54,937 nt of DNA from Pseudonocardiaceae bacterium. Lineage in GTDB: Bacteria; Actinomycetota; Actinomycetes; Mycobacteriales; Pseudonocardiaceae. Under the pieces are notes generated by a model. That model saw only the letters and a program-made list of their open reading frames with translations, made no database searches and was not told where the DNA came from. Shown here in pieces: positions 31,125 to 40,900 of this stretch; position 1 is the first letter of the stretch, and every line of letters begins with the position of its first letter. Location: NCBI GenBank assembly GCA_035463315.1, contig DATHTJ010000046.1:1-54937 (forward strand), read 5' to 3'. Both the position numbers and the translations under genes were made by a program.

Positions 31125-33221
31125 TCACTCGCCCGTCGCCTTGGCGATGATCTCCTTGGACACGTTGGCCGGAACCTCGGCATAGGAGTCGAACTGCATG
31201 GTGTAGTTCGCCCGCCCTTGGGTCCTCGACCGCAGGTCACCGACATAACCGAACATCTCCGACAGCGGTACCAACGCTTTGATGACGCGGGAGCCGCTGC
31301 GTTCCTCCATGTGCTGGACGTGGCCCCGCCGAGAGTTGAGGTCACCGATGACATCGCCCATGTAGTCCTCGGGCGTGGTCACCTCGACCGCCATCATCGG
31401 CTCCAAGATCACCGGGCCGGCCTTGCGCGCCGCCTCCTTGAGCGCCATCGATCCGGCGATCTTGAAGGCCATCTCGGAGGAGTCCACCTCGTGGTACGCG
31501 CCGTCCACCAAGGTGAGCTTCACGCCGACCAGCGGGTAGCCCGCCAGCACGCCATACTGCATAGCGTCCTGTGCCCCGGCGTCCACCGAGGGGATGTACT
31601 CCTTGGGGATCCGTCCGCCGGTGACCTTGTTGTCGAACTCGTAGAGCGCGCCATCGCCGGTCTGCAGCGGCTCCAGCTTGATGATCACCCGAGCGAACTG
31701 GCCCGAACCACCCGTCTGCTTGCGGTGGGTGTACTCGAGCTTATCCACCGTCTTGCGGATCGTCTCGCGGTAGGCCACCTGCGGCTTGCCGATGTTCGCC
31801 TCGACCTTGAAATCGCTGCGCATCCGGTTCACCAGCACCTCGAGGTGCAGCTCACCCATCCCGGCAATGATCGTCTGACCGGTTTCGTCATCGAGCTTGA
31901 CCTGGAAGGTGGGATCCTCCTCAGCCAGCTTCTGGATCGCCGTGCTCAGCTTCTCCTGATCACTCTTGGTCTTGGGCTCGATGGCGACCTGAATGACCGG
32001 CTCCGGGAAGGTCATCGACTCCAGGATGATCGGCGTCTGCGGGTCACACAGGGTGTCACCGGTGGTCGTCTCCTTCAGGCCGATCATCGCGTAAATGTGA
32101 CCGGCCCGGGCCTCCTCGACCGGGTTCTCCTTGTTGGAGTGCATCTGGAAGAGCTTGCCGATGCGCTCCTTGCGCTCCTTGGTCGAGTTGATCACCTGCG
32201 AGCCCGTGGCGACCCGGCCGGAGTAGACCCGGACGTAGGTCAGCTTCCCGAAGAACGGGTGCGCGGCAATCTTGAAGGCCAGCGCGGAGAACGGTTCCTC
32301 AATCGAGGGCTTCCGGGTGGCCGGTGTGCCGTCAGCCAGCAGACCCTGCATCGGCGGAACATCCAGCGGCGAGGGTAGGTAGTCGATCACCGCGTCCAGC
32401 ATCGGCTGCACACCTTTGTTCTTGAACGCCGAGCCGCACAGCACCGGGTATGCCTGGCTGTGCACGGTGAGCTTGCGGATGCCCGCCTTGATCTGCGCGG
32501 TGCTGATCTCCTGGCCGCCGAGGTAGAGCTCCATAAGCTCGTCGTCGGACTCGGCGACGGCCTCGAGCAGTTTCTCCCGGTATTCGCTCGCAGCCTCGAC
32601 CAGGTTTGCCGGGATCTCCTCGACAGCGTAGTCCTCACCCTTGCCGACCTCGCCGCGCCAGGTCAGTGCCCGCATCCCGACCAGGTCCACGACACCCTGG
32701 AAGTCGGACTCGGAGCCGATGGGCAGCTGAATGACCAGCGGGGTAGCACCGAGGCGCTCGCGGATGGTGCGCACAGTGAAGTAGAAGTCCGCTCCCAGCT
32801 TGTCCATCTTGTTGACGAAGCAGATGCGCGGGACGTCGTATTTGTCGGCTTGGCGCCATACCGTCTCAGACTGGGGCTCGACGCCCTCCTTGCCGTCGAA
32901 CACCGCGACGGCACCATCGAGCACCCGCAGCGACCGCTCGACCTCCACCGTGAAGTCGACGTGACCCGGAGTGTCGATGATGTTGATCTGGTGATCACTC
33001 CAGAAGGTGGTGGTCGCGGCGGAGGTGATGGTGATGCCGCGCTTCTGCTCCTCCTCCATCCAGTCCATCGTCGCGGCGCCGTCGTGCACCTCACCGATCT
33101 TGTAGTTGATCCCGGTGTAGAACAGGACCCGCTCGGTGGTGGTGGTCTTGCCCGCGTCGATGTGCGCCATGATCCCGATGTTGCGGACCCTGGCGAGGTC
33201 GGTCAGCACCTCACGTGCCAC
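31125..33221 (-). CDS. fusA: Elongation factor G
   Basis: [24 protein letters not shown]...[11 protein letters not shown]...NKMD. Confidence 0.99.
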   Translation of the reverse strand: MAREVLTDLARVRNIGIMAHIDAGKTTTTERVLFYTGINYKIGEVHDGAATMDWMEEEQKRGITITSAATTTFWSDHQINIIDTPGHVDFTVEVERSLRVLDGAVAVFDGKEGVEPQSETVWRQADKYDVPRICFVNKMDKLGADFYFTVRTIRERLGATPLVIQLPIGSESDFQGVVDLVGMRALTWRGEVGKGEDYAVEEIPANLVEAASEYREKLLEAVAESDDELMELYLGGQEISTAQIKAGIRKLTVHSQAYPVLCGSAFKNKGVQPMLDAVIDYLPSPLDVPPMQGLLADGTPATRKPSIEEPFSALAFKIAAHPFFGKLTYVRVYSGRVATGSQVINSTKERKERIGKLFQMHSNKENPVEEARAGHIYAMIGLKETTTGDTLCDPQTPIILESMTFPEPVIQVAIEPKTKSDQEKLSTAIQKLAEEDPTFQVKLDDETGQTIIAGMGELHLEVLVNRMRSDFKVEANIGKPQVAYRETIRKTVDKLEYTHRKQTGGSGQFARVIIKLEPLQTGDGALYEFDNKVTGGRIPKEYIPSVDAGAQDAMQYGVLAGYPLVGVKLTLVDGAYHEVDSSEMAFKIAGSMALKEAARKAGPVILEPMMAVEVTTPEDYMGDVIGDLNSRRGHVQHMEERSGSRVIKALVPLSEMFGYVGDLRSRTQGRANYTMQFDSYAEVPANVSKEIIAKATGE

Positions 33222-33287
33222 GAGAGTTCATCCCTAGCTGTCTCGAAAGTGAGCGGTTGGCTCAATACTGCGGTGTGCGGGGCTCCA

Positions 33288-33758
33288 TCACCAGCGGTAA
33301 TGCGCGAAGGCCTTGTTCGACTCGGCCATCTTGTGGGTGTCCTCGCGGCGCTTCACGCTCGCCCCGAGGCCGTTGCTGGCATCGAGCAGTTCGTTCATCA
33401 GGCGTTCGACCATGGTCTTCTCCCGCCGCTGCCGGGAAAACGTGATCAGCCAGCGAAGCGCGAGCGTGGTGGATCGCACCGCACGCACCTCGACCGGGAC
33501 CTGGTAGGTAGCGCCGCCGACACGGCGGCTCTTCACCTCAATGGCCGGCTTGACGTTGTCCAGCGCACGCTTCAGGGTGACCACCGGGTCGGTGCCGGTC
33601 TTGTCCCGGCAGCCCTCCAGCGCTTGATAGACGATCTTCTCGGCCACCGACCGCTTGCCCTCCACGAGGACCTTGTTGACCAGCTGGGTGACCAGCGGCG
33701 ATCCGTAGACCGGGTCGGAGATGAGCGGTCGCTTCGGGGGCGGACCTTTGCGAGGCAT
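33288..33758 (-). CDS. rpsG: 30S ribosomal protein S7
   Basis: [31 protein letters not shown]...AFAHYRW. Confidence 0.98.
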   Translation of the reverse strand: MPRKGPPPKRPLISDPVYGSPLVTQLVNKVLVEGKRSVAEKIVYQALEGCRDKTGTDPVVTLKRALDNVKPAIEVKSRRVGGATYQVPVEVRAVRSTTLALRWLITFSRQRREKTMVERLMNELLDASNGLGASVKRREDTHKMAESNKAFAHYRW

Positions 33759-34132
33759 CAGCTCTTCTCCTTCTTCGCACCGTAGCGGCTGCGGGCCTGC
33801 TTGCGACCCTTGACGCCCTGGGTGTCCAGTGATCCACGGATGATCTTGTACCGGACGCCGGGAAGGTCCTTCACTCGGCCGCCGCGCACCAGGACAATGG
33901 AGTGCTCCTGGAGGTTATGGCCCTCCCCCGGTATGTAGGCCGTCACCTCGACCTGGCTGGTGAGCCGGACGCGGGCGACCTTGCGCAGCGCCGAGTTCGG
34001 CTTCTTCGGGGTCGTCGTGTAGACGCGGGTACACACCCCGCGCCGCTGCGGACTCCCCTTCAGCGCCGCAGTCTTGGTCTTGGCGACCTTGTCCTCGCGG
34101 CCCTTGCGGACCAGCTGCTGGATGGTAGGCAT
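33758..34132 (-). CDS. rpsL: 30S ribosomal protein S12
   Basis: [15 protein letters not shown]...[16 protein letters not shown]. The start was trimmed to ATG 34132. Confidence 0.98.
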   Translation of the reverse strand: MPTIQQLVRKGREDKVAKTKTAALKGSPQRRGVCTRVYTTTPKKPNSALRKVARVRLTSQVEVTAYIPGEGHNLQEHSIVLVRGGRVKDLPGVRYKIIRGSLDTQGVKGRKQARSRYGAKKEKS

Positions 34133-34421
34133 GGACCAGCTTTCTTCGTCTTCTGGCGGTAGTGCTCTGTCATCTGATGCTGAGGTCATCTGGTGCTGCC
34201 CGGTCGCCGGTGGGTATTGCGCGGCCGGTCACTCCGTATCCCGAGGTCGGGCGTGTCGCTGTTGGGCCCAGCCGGTCGGGAGGATCAGTCCCGACTGGAG
34301 CTGAGCGGCACCCTCGCCAGACCGGAAATGGGAGTCCCGCGGAAGCACTGGACCCGCATCACCGGTGGTGCACCGCTAACAGGCACGCGGAGCTTCCCGA
34401 CCGGCGTCGGGCACCGCGACC

Positions 34422-34451
34422 AGGATACCTGGGGCCTTCCCCGAGGGTCAA
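34422..34451 (-). promoter_or_regulatory. Candidate sigma-A-type promoter of the rpsL-rpsG-fusA-tuf operon
   Basis: Minus strand: TTGACC (34446-34451), an 18-nt spacer, then TATCCT (34422-34427). This implies a leader of about 280 nt before rpsL. Confidence 0.5.
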
Positions 34452-34535
34452 AACACCCCCCTCGTTGCGTGATGCGGGTCGCACTGCGACAGCCGGACTC
34501 GACGTGACGGTCCACGCTATCTACTCTCGAGTAAT

Positions 34536-35492
34536 ATGGAACTCGCAGGAAAGAACGTGCTCATCACAGGCGCGGCCCGCGGCATTGGGGCGGCGACCGC
34601 TCGCGACCTGGCCGGCCGCGGCGCGCGGCTGGCCCTGGTCGGGCTGGAGCCCGACCTGCTGGCTGCACTCGCCACCGAGCTCGGCTGCAATGAGTACAGG
34701 GAGGGAGTTGAACACCGGGGAGTTGCGCGCATGGGGGCCAAAAACCCCGGGGACCAGCACGTCTGGGTCGAAGCCGACGTCACCGACTCGGCCGCGTTGC
34801 ACGCCGCGACGGCCCAGGCGGTGGCGGCGCTGGGCGGCCTGGACGTCGTGGTGGCCAACGCTGGCGTTGCCAGTTTCGGCCCGGTTCGCAGCATCGATCC
34901 GGAGGTGTTCGCCAAAACCGTCGATATCAACCTCACCGGTGTGTTCCGTACTGTGCAGGCGACCCTGCCGCACCTCATCGACTCCGGTGGTTACGTGTTA
35001 GTAGTCAGTTCGCTGGCCGCGCTTTTCCCTACGGCGGGCGCTTCGGCCTACGGGGCAAGCAAGGCCGGAGTGGAAGCGTTCGCCGACTCGCTGCGCATCG
35101 AGCTGGCGCCGCTGGGCGTGTCAGTCGGGTGTGCTCACATGGGCTGGGTCGACACCGATATGGTCCGCGACGCCGACCGCGACCTGCCGGCCTTCCGCGA
35201 GATGCGGAAACGCCTGCCGTGGCCGCTGCATTCCACAACGTCAGTGACCGACTGCGCGGCGGCTTTCGTACAGGCTATCTCCAGGCGTAGCAGGCGGGTC
35301 AACGTGCCTGGCGCGATCGGCTTCTGCCACTGGATCCGTCCGCTGGTGCACTCCCGGCTGGTCGATGCGCTGATAATTCGGGCATCGGCCGCCTTGCTCC
35401 TCCGGCTGGAGGCGGAGATCAGTGCGCTGGGCCGCTCAGTGAACCAGCTGGCGACCCAGATTCACCCTCGCGGACCGCATTCAGCGGGCTGA
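34536..35492 (+). CDS. Short-chain dehydrogenase/reductase (SDR) family oxidoreductase
   Basis: VLITGAARGIGAATA (TGxxxGxG), ANAG and YGASK. It contains an atypical low-GC3 segment at about 34686-34760. Confidence 0.85.
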   Translation: MELAGKNVLITGAARGIGAATARDLAGRGARLALVGLEPDLLAALATELGCNEYREGVEHRGVARMGAKNPGDQHVWVEADVTDSAALHAATAQAVAALGGLDVVVANAGVASFGPVRSIDPEVFAKTVDINLTGVFRTVQATLPHLIDSGGYVLVVSSLAALFPTAGASAYGASKAGVEAFADSLRIELAPLGVSVGCAHMGWVDTDMVRDADRDLPAFREMRKRLPWPLHSTTSVTDCAAAFVQAISRRSRRVNVPGAIGFCHWIRPLVHSRLVDALIIRASAALLLRLEAEISALGRSVNQLATQIHPRGPHSAG

Positions 35493-35532
35493 ACGGGGCC
35501 AGCTACCGGGGCGAGGGCCCCGCCGCCCGTGA
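35480..35532. repeat. REP-like imperfect palindromic element (copy A) overlapping the SDR stop codon
   Basis: ttcagcgggctgaacggggcca matches 21 of 22 nt of 47001-47022. The inner arms cggggcc/ggccccg are intact and the outer right arm (gcccgtga) is degenerate. Confidence 0.5.
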
Positions 35533-35572
35533 CCGCGCTGAGTCCGCGGAACGCGGCTAAGGAGGAGGTGCG

Positions 35573-36721
35573 ATGCCGGGACCACTGGTCGGGTTGCGGG
35601 TGATCGAGCTGGCCGGGATCGGCCCTGGTCCGCATGCAGCGATGCTGCTGGCCGATCTGGGCGCCGACGTGGTTCGGGTGGAGCGCCCTTCCGGTGGCCT
35701 GCAGCTTGCCCCGCGCGAAAGCGACCAGATGCTTCGCGGCCGGCGCTCGGTGGCACTTGATCTCAAGGACCCATCCGACCGGGAAACCTTGCTGCGGCTG
35801 GTGGAACGGGCCGACGTGCTGGTCGAGGGCTTGCGTGCCGGTGTCACCGAGCGGTTGGGCGTCGGTCCGGCCGACTGCCACGCCCGCAACCCGCGGCTGG
35901 TGTACGCGCGGATGACGGGATGGGGTCAGCATGGCCCGCTGGCCGACCGCGCCGGGCACGACATCAACTACCTCGCGCTGACCGGTGTGCTGCACGCGGT
36001 CGGGCACGCCGGGGGCAAGCCAGTGCCGCCGCTGAACCTGGTCGGGGACTTCGGTGGTGGCTCGATGTTCCTGGTGGTCGGAGTGCTGGCCGCGCTGTGG
36101 GAGCGGGAGCGGTCCGGGGCCGGTCAGGTCGTCGATGCCGCCATGCTGGACGGGGTCAGCGTGCTCGCCCAGATGTTCTGGTCGTTGCGCGCCTGCGGGT
36201 TATGGAGCGATGAGCGGGGCCGCAACCTGCTTGACTCGGGCGCCCCGTTCTACGACACATACGCCTGCGCCGACGGCCGCTACGTCGCTGTCGGAGCGTT
36301 GGAGCCCCAGTTCTACGCGGCCCTGCTGGAAGGCCTCGGGCTCACCGGGCAGGATCTGCCTGGGCAGCTGGATCTGGCTGGTTGGCCAGTGTTGCGCGGG
36401 CGATTCACCGAAGTATTCGCCAGTCGCAGCCGCGACGAATGGGTGGCCGTATTCGAGGGAACCGACGCCTGCGTGGCACCGGTGCTGTCGTTTGCCGAGG
36501 TGCCCTCGCACCCGCATATCGCAGCTCGCGGCACCGTCATCGATCTCGACGGGGTACCGCAGGCTGCTCCCGCACCACGGTTCTCGCGTACCTTCCCAGA
36601 CCGACCGACACCGCCGCCCCATCCCGGTGCCGACACCGCCGCGGTACTCGCCGACTGGGATGTCGTGCCCCCGGTTGGTGGCTCTTCAAGGACCACCAAC
36701 CCCCCGGATTGCTGCCCTTAA
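35573..36721 (+). CDS. mcr: Family III CoA-transferase, alpha-methylacyl-CoA racemase type
   Basis: [39 protein letters not shown]...[10 protein letters not shown]...[12 protein letters not shown]...[20 protein letters not shown] closely follows M. tuberculosis MCR as I recall it. AAGGAGGAGG lies upstream of the ATG. Confidence 0.9.
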   Translation: MPGPLVGLRVIELAGIGPGPHAAMLLADLGADVVRVERPSGGLQLAPRESDQMLRGRRSVALDLKDPSDRETLLRLVERADVLVEGLRAGVTERLGVGPADCHARNPRLVYARMTGWGQHGPLADRAGHDINYLALTGVLHAVGHAGGKPVPPLNLVGDFGGGSMFLVVGVLAALWERERSGAGQVVDAAMLDGVSVLAQMFWSLRACGLWSDERGRNLLDSGAPFYDTYACADGRYVAVGALEPQFYAALLEGLGLTGQDLPGQLDLAGWPVLRGRFTEVFASRSRDEWVAVFEGTDACVAPVLSFAEVPSHPHIAARGTVIDLDGVPQAAPAPRFSRTFPDRPTPPPHPGADTAAVLADWDVVPPVGGSSRTTNPPDCCP

Positions 36722-36818
36722 CGACGGCCAACCCCCGCCGGCAGAGCCGGCGGGGGTTGGCCGTCGTTTGAGACCTCCGAGACGGGGGTTGGTGGTCCTT
36801 GAAGAGCCACCAACCGGG
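36670..36818. repeat. 149-bp nested palindromic element: perfect 35-bp terminal inverted repeats flanking a perfect 22-bp-stem hairpin
   Basis: Left arm 36670-36704, cccggttggtggctcttcaaggaccaccaaccccc, is the exact reverse complement of 36784-36818. Each arm can also fold locally (GGTTGGTGG / CCACCAACC). It fills the whole gap between mcr and rpoC. Confidence 0.85.
36720..36768. terminator. Putative bidirectional terminator hairpin between convergent mcr and rpoC
   Basis: aacgacggccaacccccgccgg-cagag-ccggcgggggttggccgtcgtt forms a perfect 22-bp stem and is followed by TTTG on the plus strand. The mcr TAA sits at the stem base. Confidence 0.7.
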
Positions 36819-39800
36819 TCAGCGGTAGTCGCGGTCGAAGTCGTAGTCGTCCAAGGGGACGGCTGCTCCGGTCCCGGTGCCGAACACGTCGGGCGAGTAG
36901 TAGCCGTCGTCGTAGGACGGGATCGCGTACGCCGCGGCGCGTGCCTCCTCAGTTGGTTGCACCTCGATGTTGCGGTACCGGTTGATCCCGGTACCGGCCG
37001 GGATCAGCTTGCCAATGATCACATTCTCCTTGAGCCCGAGGAGCTTGTCACTCTTGCCCTGGATTGCCGCATCGGTAAGGATCTTGGTCGTCTCCTGGAA
37101 CGATGCCGCAGACAGCCACGACTCGGTCGCCAGCGATGCCTTGGTGATCCCCATCAGGACCGGGCGGCCCGCGGCAGGCTCAGCACCCTCGGCGACCACT
37201 CGACGGTTCTCCGACTCGAAGTCGCCGCGCTCGGCCAGCGCACCAGGCAGGAACTCGGTAGCGCCCGAGTCGATGATCGTCACTCGGCGCAGCATCTGCC
37301 GAACGATGACCTCGATGTGCTTGTCGTGGATGTCCACACCCTGTGACCGGTACACCTGCTGGACCTCGCGGACCAGGTGCAGCTGCACCTCCCGTGGGCC
37401 CATCACGCGCAGCACCTCGTGGGGGTCCACCACACCCTCGAGCAGCTTCTGCCCGACGGTGACGTGGTCGTTGTCGGCCACCGAGCGCTCGGTGCCGTCG
37501 ACTGTGATCACAGCAAGTCGCTGCCGCTTGGACAGCTTGTCGTAGACGATCTCCTCACTACCGTCGTCCGGGACGATGGTGATCTTCCAGAACTTCTCGC
37601 CGTCCTCAATGCGCACCCGGCCGTCGGAATCGGCGATCGGCGCCATGCCCTTGGGCACCCGGGCCTCGAACAACTCCTGCACCCTGGGCAGACCGGTGGT
37701 GATGTCCTCGCCGGCGATTCCACCCTGGTGGAAGGTGCGCATGGTCAGCTGCGTGCCAGGCTCACCGATGGACTGCGCGGCCACAATGCCGACCGCCTCG
37801 CCCACGTCCACGAGCTTGCCCGTGGCCATGGAGCGGCCGTAGCACTTCGCGCACACCCCGCTGGCCGCCTCGCAGGTCAGCACGGAGCGCACCTTGACGC
37901 GCACAACGCCAGCCGCGAGCAGGGTGTCGATCGCGACATCGCCCAGGTCCGCACCCCGCGACAGGGTCACCGAGCCGGAGTCATCCAGCACGTCCTCTGC
38001 GGTGCAGCGGGCGTACAGGCTGGTCTGCACGTAACGGTGCCGGATCAGGGCACCGTCCGGTCCGATCTCGGCGACCGGCATCTGGATTCCCCGCTCGGTG
38101 CCGCAGTCGTTCTCCCGCACGATGACGTCCTGCGAGACGTCCACCAAGCGGCGGGTCAGGTACCCGGAGTCGGCAGTCCGCAGTGCAGTATCGGCAAGCC
38201 CCTTGCGTGCTCCGTGCGTGGCGATGAAGTACTCCAGCACGCTCAGGCCCTCGCGGAAGTTGTGCTTGATCGGTCGCGGGATGTACTCGCCCTTGGGGTT
38301 GGAGACCAGGCCGCGCATGCCGGCCAGGGACCGGACCTGAGTCATGTTCCCGGCCGCCCCAGACGACACGATCGTGAAGACCGGGTTGTCCGCCGGGAAG
38401 TTGGCCTCCATCGCCTTGGCGACCTCGTCGGTGGCCTGGGACCAGATCTTCACCAGCTCGCCATTGCGCTCGTCACGGGAGAGCACACCGCGCTGGTAGC
38501 GCTTCTCCACCTGGTCGGCCCGGGTCTCGTACTGGTCGAGGATCTCCTGCTTCGCGGCCGGCACCACCACATCGGAGCTGGACAGTGTCACCCCGGAGCG
38601 GGTGGCCCAGTGGAAGCCGGCGTCCTTGAGCTTGTCCAGCGTTTGGGCGACGGCGACCATCGGGTACCGCTCAGCGAGGTCGTTGACGATCGCAGCTTGC
38701 CGCTTCTTGGGCAGCACGTCGTTGACGTACGGGTAGTCCTCGGGCAGCAGGTCGTTGAACAGCACTCGACCCACGGTGGTGTCCGCAATCCACGCTGCTC
38801 CCGGCTCCCAACCCTGGGTCTCCCGGAGGCGGGGCTGCTCGTCCAGCGGCGGCACCACATTGCGCAGCCGCACCCGGATCTTGGCCTGTAGCCCGATGGT
38901 GCCGCGATCCAGCGCCATCAACGCCTCAGCAGGCGATGAGAACGAGTGACCCTCACCAAGCTCGCCTTCGCCGAGCTTGGTGAGGTGATACAGCCCGGTG
39001 ACCATGTCTAGCCGGGGCATGGCCAGCGGGCGGCCCGAGGCCGGCGACAGGATGTTGTTACTGGACAGCATCAGGATCCGAGCCTCGGCCTGCGCCTCGG
39101 CCGACAGCGGCAAGTGCACCGCCATTTGGTCACCGTCGAAGTCGGCGTTGAACGCCTCACAGACCAGCGGGTGCAGCTGGATCGCCTTGCCCTCGACCAG
39201 CTGGGGCTCGAAAGCCTGGATACCCAGACGGTGCAGGGTCGGCGCCCGGTTCAGCAGCACCGGGTGCTCAGTGATCACTTCCTCGAGGACATCCCACACC
39301 TGCGGACGCTGCCGCTCCACCATCCGCTTGGCTGACTTGATGTTCTGTGCGTGGTTAAGGTCCACCAAGCGCTTCATCACGAATGGCTTGAACAACTCCA
39401 GCGCCATCTGCTTGGGCAGGCCGCACTGGTGCAGCTTGAGCTGCGGACCGACCACAATGACCGAGCGGCCGGAGTAATCGACCCGCTTGCCGAGCAGGTT
39501 CTGCCGGAACCGGCCTTGCTTGCCCTTGAGCAGGTCCGACAGCGACTTCAGCGGGCGGTTTCCCGGGCCGGTCACCGGACGGCCGCGGCGACCGTTGTCG
39601 AACAGGGCGTCAACGGCCTCCTGCAGCATCCGCTTCTCGTTGTTGACGATAATTTCCGGAGCACCCAGGTCGATGAGCCGCTTGAGCCGGTTGTTCCGAT
39701 TGATCACCCGGCGGTAGAGGTCGTTGAGGTCGGAGGTGGCAAAGCGGCCACCGTCGAGCTGCACCATGGGACGCAGGTCCGGCGGGATCACCGGGACGCA

Positions 39801-40745
39801 GTCCAGGACCATTCCCATCGGGTTGTTGCGAGTGGCCTCGAATGCCGCGACGACCTTCAGGCGCTTGAGCGCCCGCAGCTTCTTCTGGCCTTTGCCGGTA
39901 CGGATAGTCTCACGCAGATTCTCCGACTCAGCGTCGATGTCGAAGTTCTCCATCAGCTTCTGGATCGCCTCGGCACCCATGGCGCCGGTAAAATAGTCAC
40001 CGTAACGGTCGTAGAGCTCGCGGTAGAGCAGCTCATCGACGATGAGCTGGCCGACGTCGAGCTTGGTGAACGTCTCCCAGATCTCGTCGAGCCGGTCGAC
40101 CTCACGCTGGGCGCGGTCACGCAGCTGGCGCATCTCGCGCTCGCCGCCCTCCTTGACCTTACGCCGCACATCGCTCTTGGCGCCTTCGGCCTCCAGCTCG
40201 GCGAGGTCGGCCTCGAGCTTCTGCGCACGCGCCTCAATGTCGGCGTCACGGCGGTCCTCGAGACGCTTGCGCTGGACACCGATCTCACTCTCCAGGGTGG
40301 GGAGATCGTTGTGCCGCTCCTCGGTGTTCACTGCCGTGATGGCGTAGGCGGCAAAATAGATGATCTTCTCAAGGTCCTTGGGAGCCAGGTCGAGCAAGTA
40401 GCCCAGCCTGCTCGGGACGCCCTTGAAGTACCAGATGTGGGTTACCGGTGCGGCCAGCTCGATATGACCCATCCGCTCACGGCGCACCTTGGCGCGAGTA
40501 ACCTCGACGCCGCAGCGCTCACAGATGATGCCTTTGAAGCGGACGCGCTTGTACTTACCGCAGTAACATTCCCAGTCCCGGGTCGGGCCGAAGATCTTCT
40601 CGCAGAAGAGTCCGTCCTTTTCCGGCTTGAGCGTACGATAGTTGATGGTCTCCGGCTTCTTGACCTCGCCGAAGGACCACTGGCGGATGTCCTCTGCAGT
40701 CGCGAGGCCGATGCGGAGCTCGTCGAAGAAGTTGACGTCAAGCAC
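36819..40745 (-). CDS. rpoC: DNA-directed RNA polymerase subunit beta-prime
   Basis: 1308 aa, (M)[37 protein letters not shown]...[15 protein letters not shown] start. Confidence 0.99.
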   Translation of the reverse strand: MLDVNFFDELRIGLATAEDIRQWSFGEVKKPETINYRTLKPEKDGLFCEKIFGPTRDWECYCGKYKRVRFKGIICERCGVEVTRAKVRRERMGHIELAAPVTHIWYFKGVPSRLGYLLDLAPKDLEKIIYFAAYAITAVNTEERHNDLPTLESEIGVQRKRLEDRRDADIEARAQKLEADLAELEAEGAKSDVRRKVKEGGEREMRQLRDRAQREVDRLDEIWETFTKLDVGQLIVDELLYRELYDRYGDYFTGAMGAEAIQKLMENFDIDAESENLRETIRTGKGQKKLRALKRLKVVAAFEATRNNPMGMVLDCVPVIPPDLRPMVQLDGGRFATSDLNDLYRRVINRNNRLKRLIDLGAPEIIVNNEKRMLQEAVDALFDNGRRGRPVTGPGNRPLKSLSDLLKGKQGRFRQNLLGKRVDYSGRSVIVVGPQLKLHQCGLPKQMALELFKPFVMKRLVDLNHAQNIKSAKRMVERQRPQVWDVLEEVITEHPVLLNRAPTLHRLGIQAFEPQLVEGKAIQLHPLVCEAFNADFDGDQMAVHLPLSAEAQAEARILMLSSNNILSPASGRPLAMPRLDMVTGLYHLTKLGEGELGEGHSFSSPAEALMALDRGTIGLQAKIRVRLRNVVPPLDEQPRLRETQGWEPGAAWIADTTVGRVLFNDLLPEDYPYVNDVLPKKRQAAIVNDLAERYPMVAVAQTLDKLKDAGFHWATRSGVTLSSSDVVVPAAKQEILDQYETRADQVEKRYQRGVLSRDERNGELVKIWSQATDEVAKAMEANFPADNPVFTIVSSGAAGNMTQVRSLAGMRGLVSNPKGEYIPRPIKHNFREGLSVLEYFIATHGARKGLADTALRTADSGYLTRRLVDVSQDVIVRENDCGTERGIQMPVAEIGPDGALIRHRYVQTSLYARCTAEDVLDDSGSVTLSRGADLGDVAIDTLLAAGVVRVKVRSVLTCEAASGVCAKCYGRSMATGKLVDVGEAVGIVAAQSIGEPGTQLTMRTFHQGGIAGEDITTGLPRVQELFEARVPKGMAPIADSDGRVRIEDGEKFWKITIVPDDGSEEIVYDKLSKRQRLAVITVDGTERSVADNDHVTVGQKLLEGVVDPHEVLRVMGPREVQLHLVREVQQVYRSQGVDIHDKHIEVIVRQMLRRVTIIDSGATEFLPGALAERGDFESENRRVVAEGAEPAAGRPVLMGITKASLATESWLSAASFQETTKILTDAAIQGKSDKLLGLKENVIIGKLIPAGTGINRYRNIEVQPTEEARAAAYAIPSYDDGYYSPDVFGTGTGAAVPLDDYDFDRDYR

Positions 40746-40837
40746 GTCTGGTTCCTTCTCCCCTGTGTTGATGAAATCCCTGTGGTGATGAGATCAGGGT
40801 TGGGTTTGTGCGGGGTGTTCGCTGATTTGTGTTTGGT

Positions 40838-40884
40838 GCGTCCGGCGCGGGGATGGGCGGGAGGACCACCCCCGCGCCGGACGC
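40838..40884 (-). other. Stable hairpin in the rpoB-rpoC spacer (perfect 15-bp GC-rich stem, 17-nt loop)
   Basis: gcgtccggcgcgggg (40838-40852) pairs with ccccgcgccggacgc (40870-40884). It begins 16 nt after the rpoB stop and has no U-tract. Confidence 0.55.
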
Positions 40885-40900
40885 GGTCTTTGCGGAGCCT

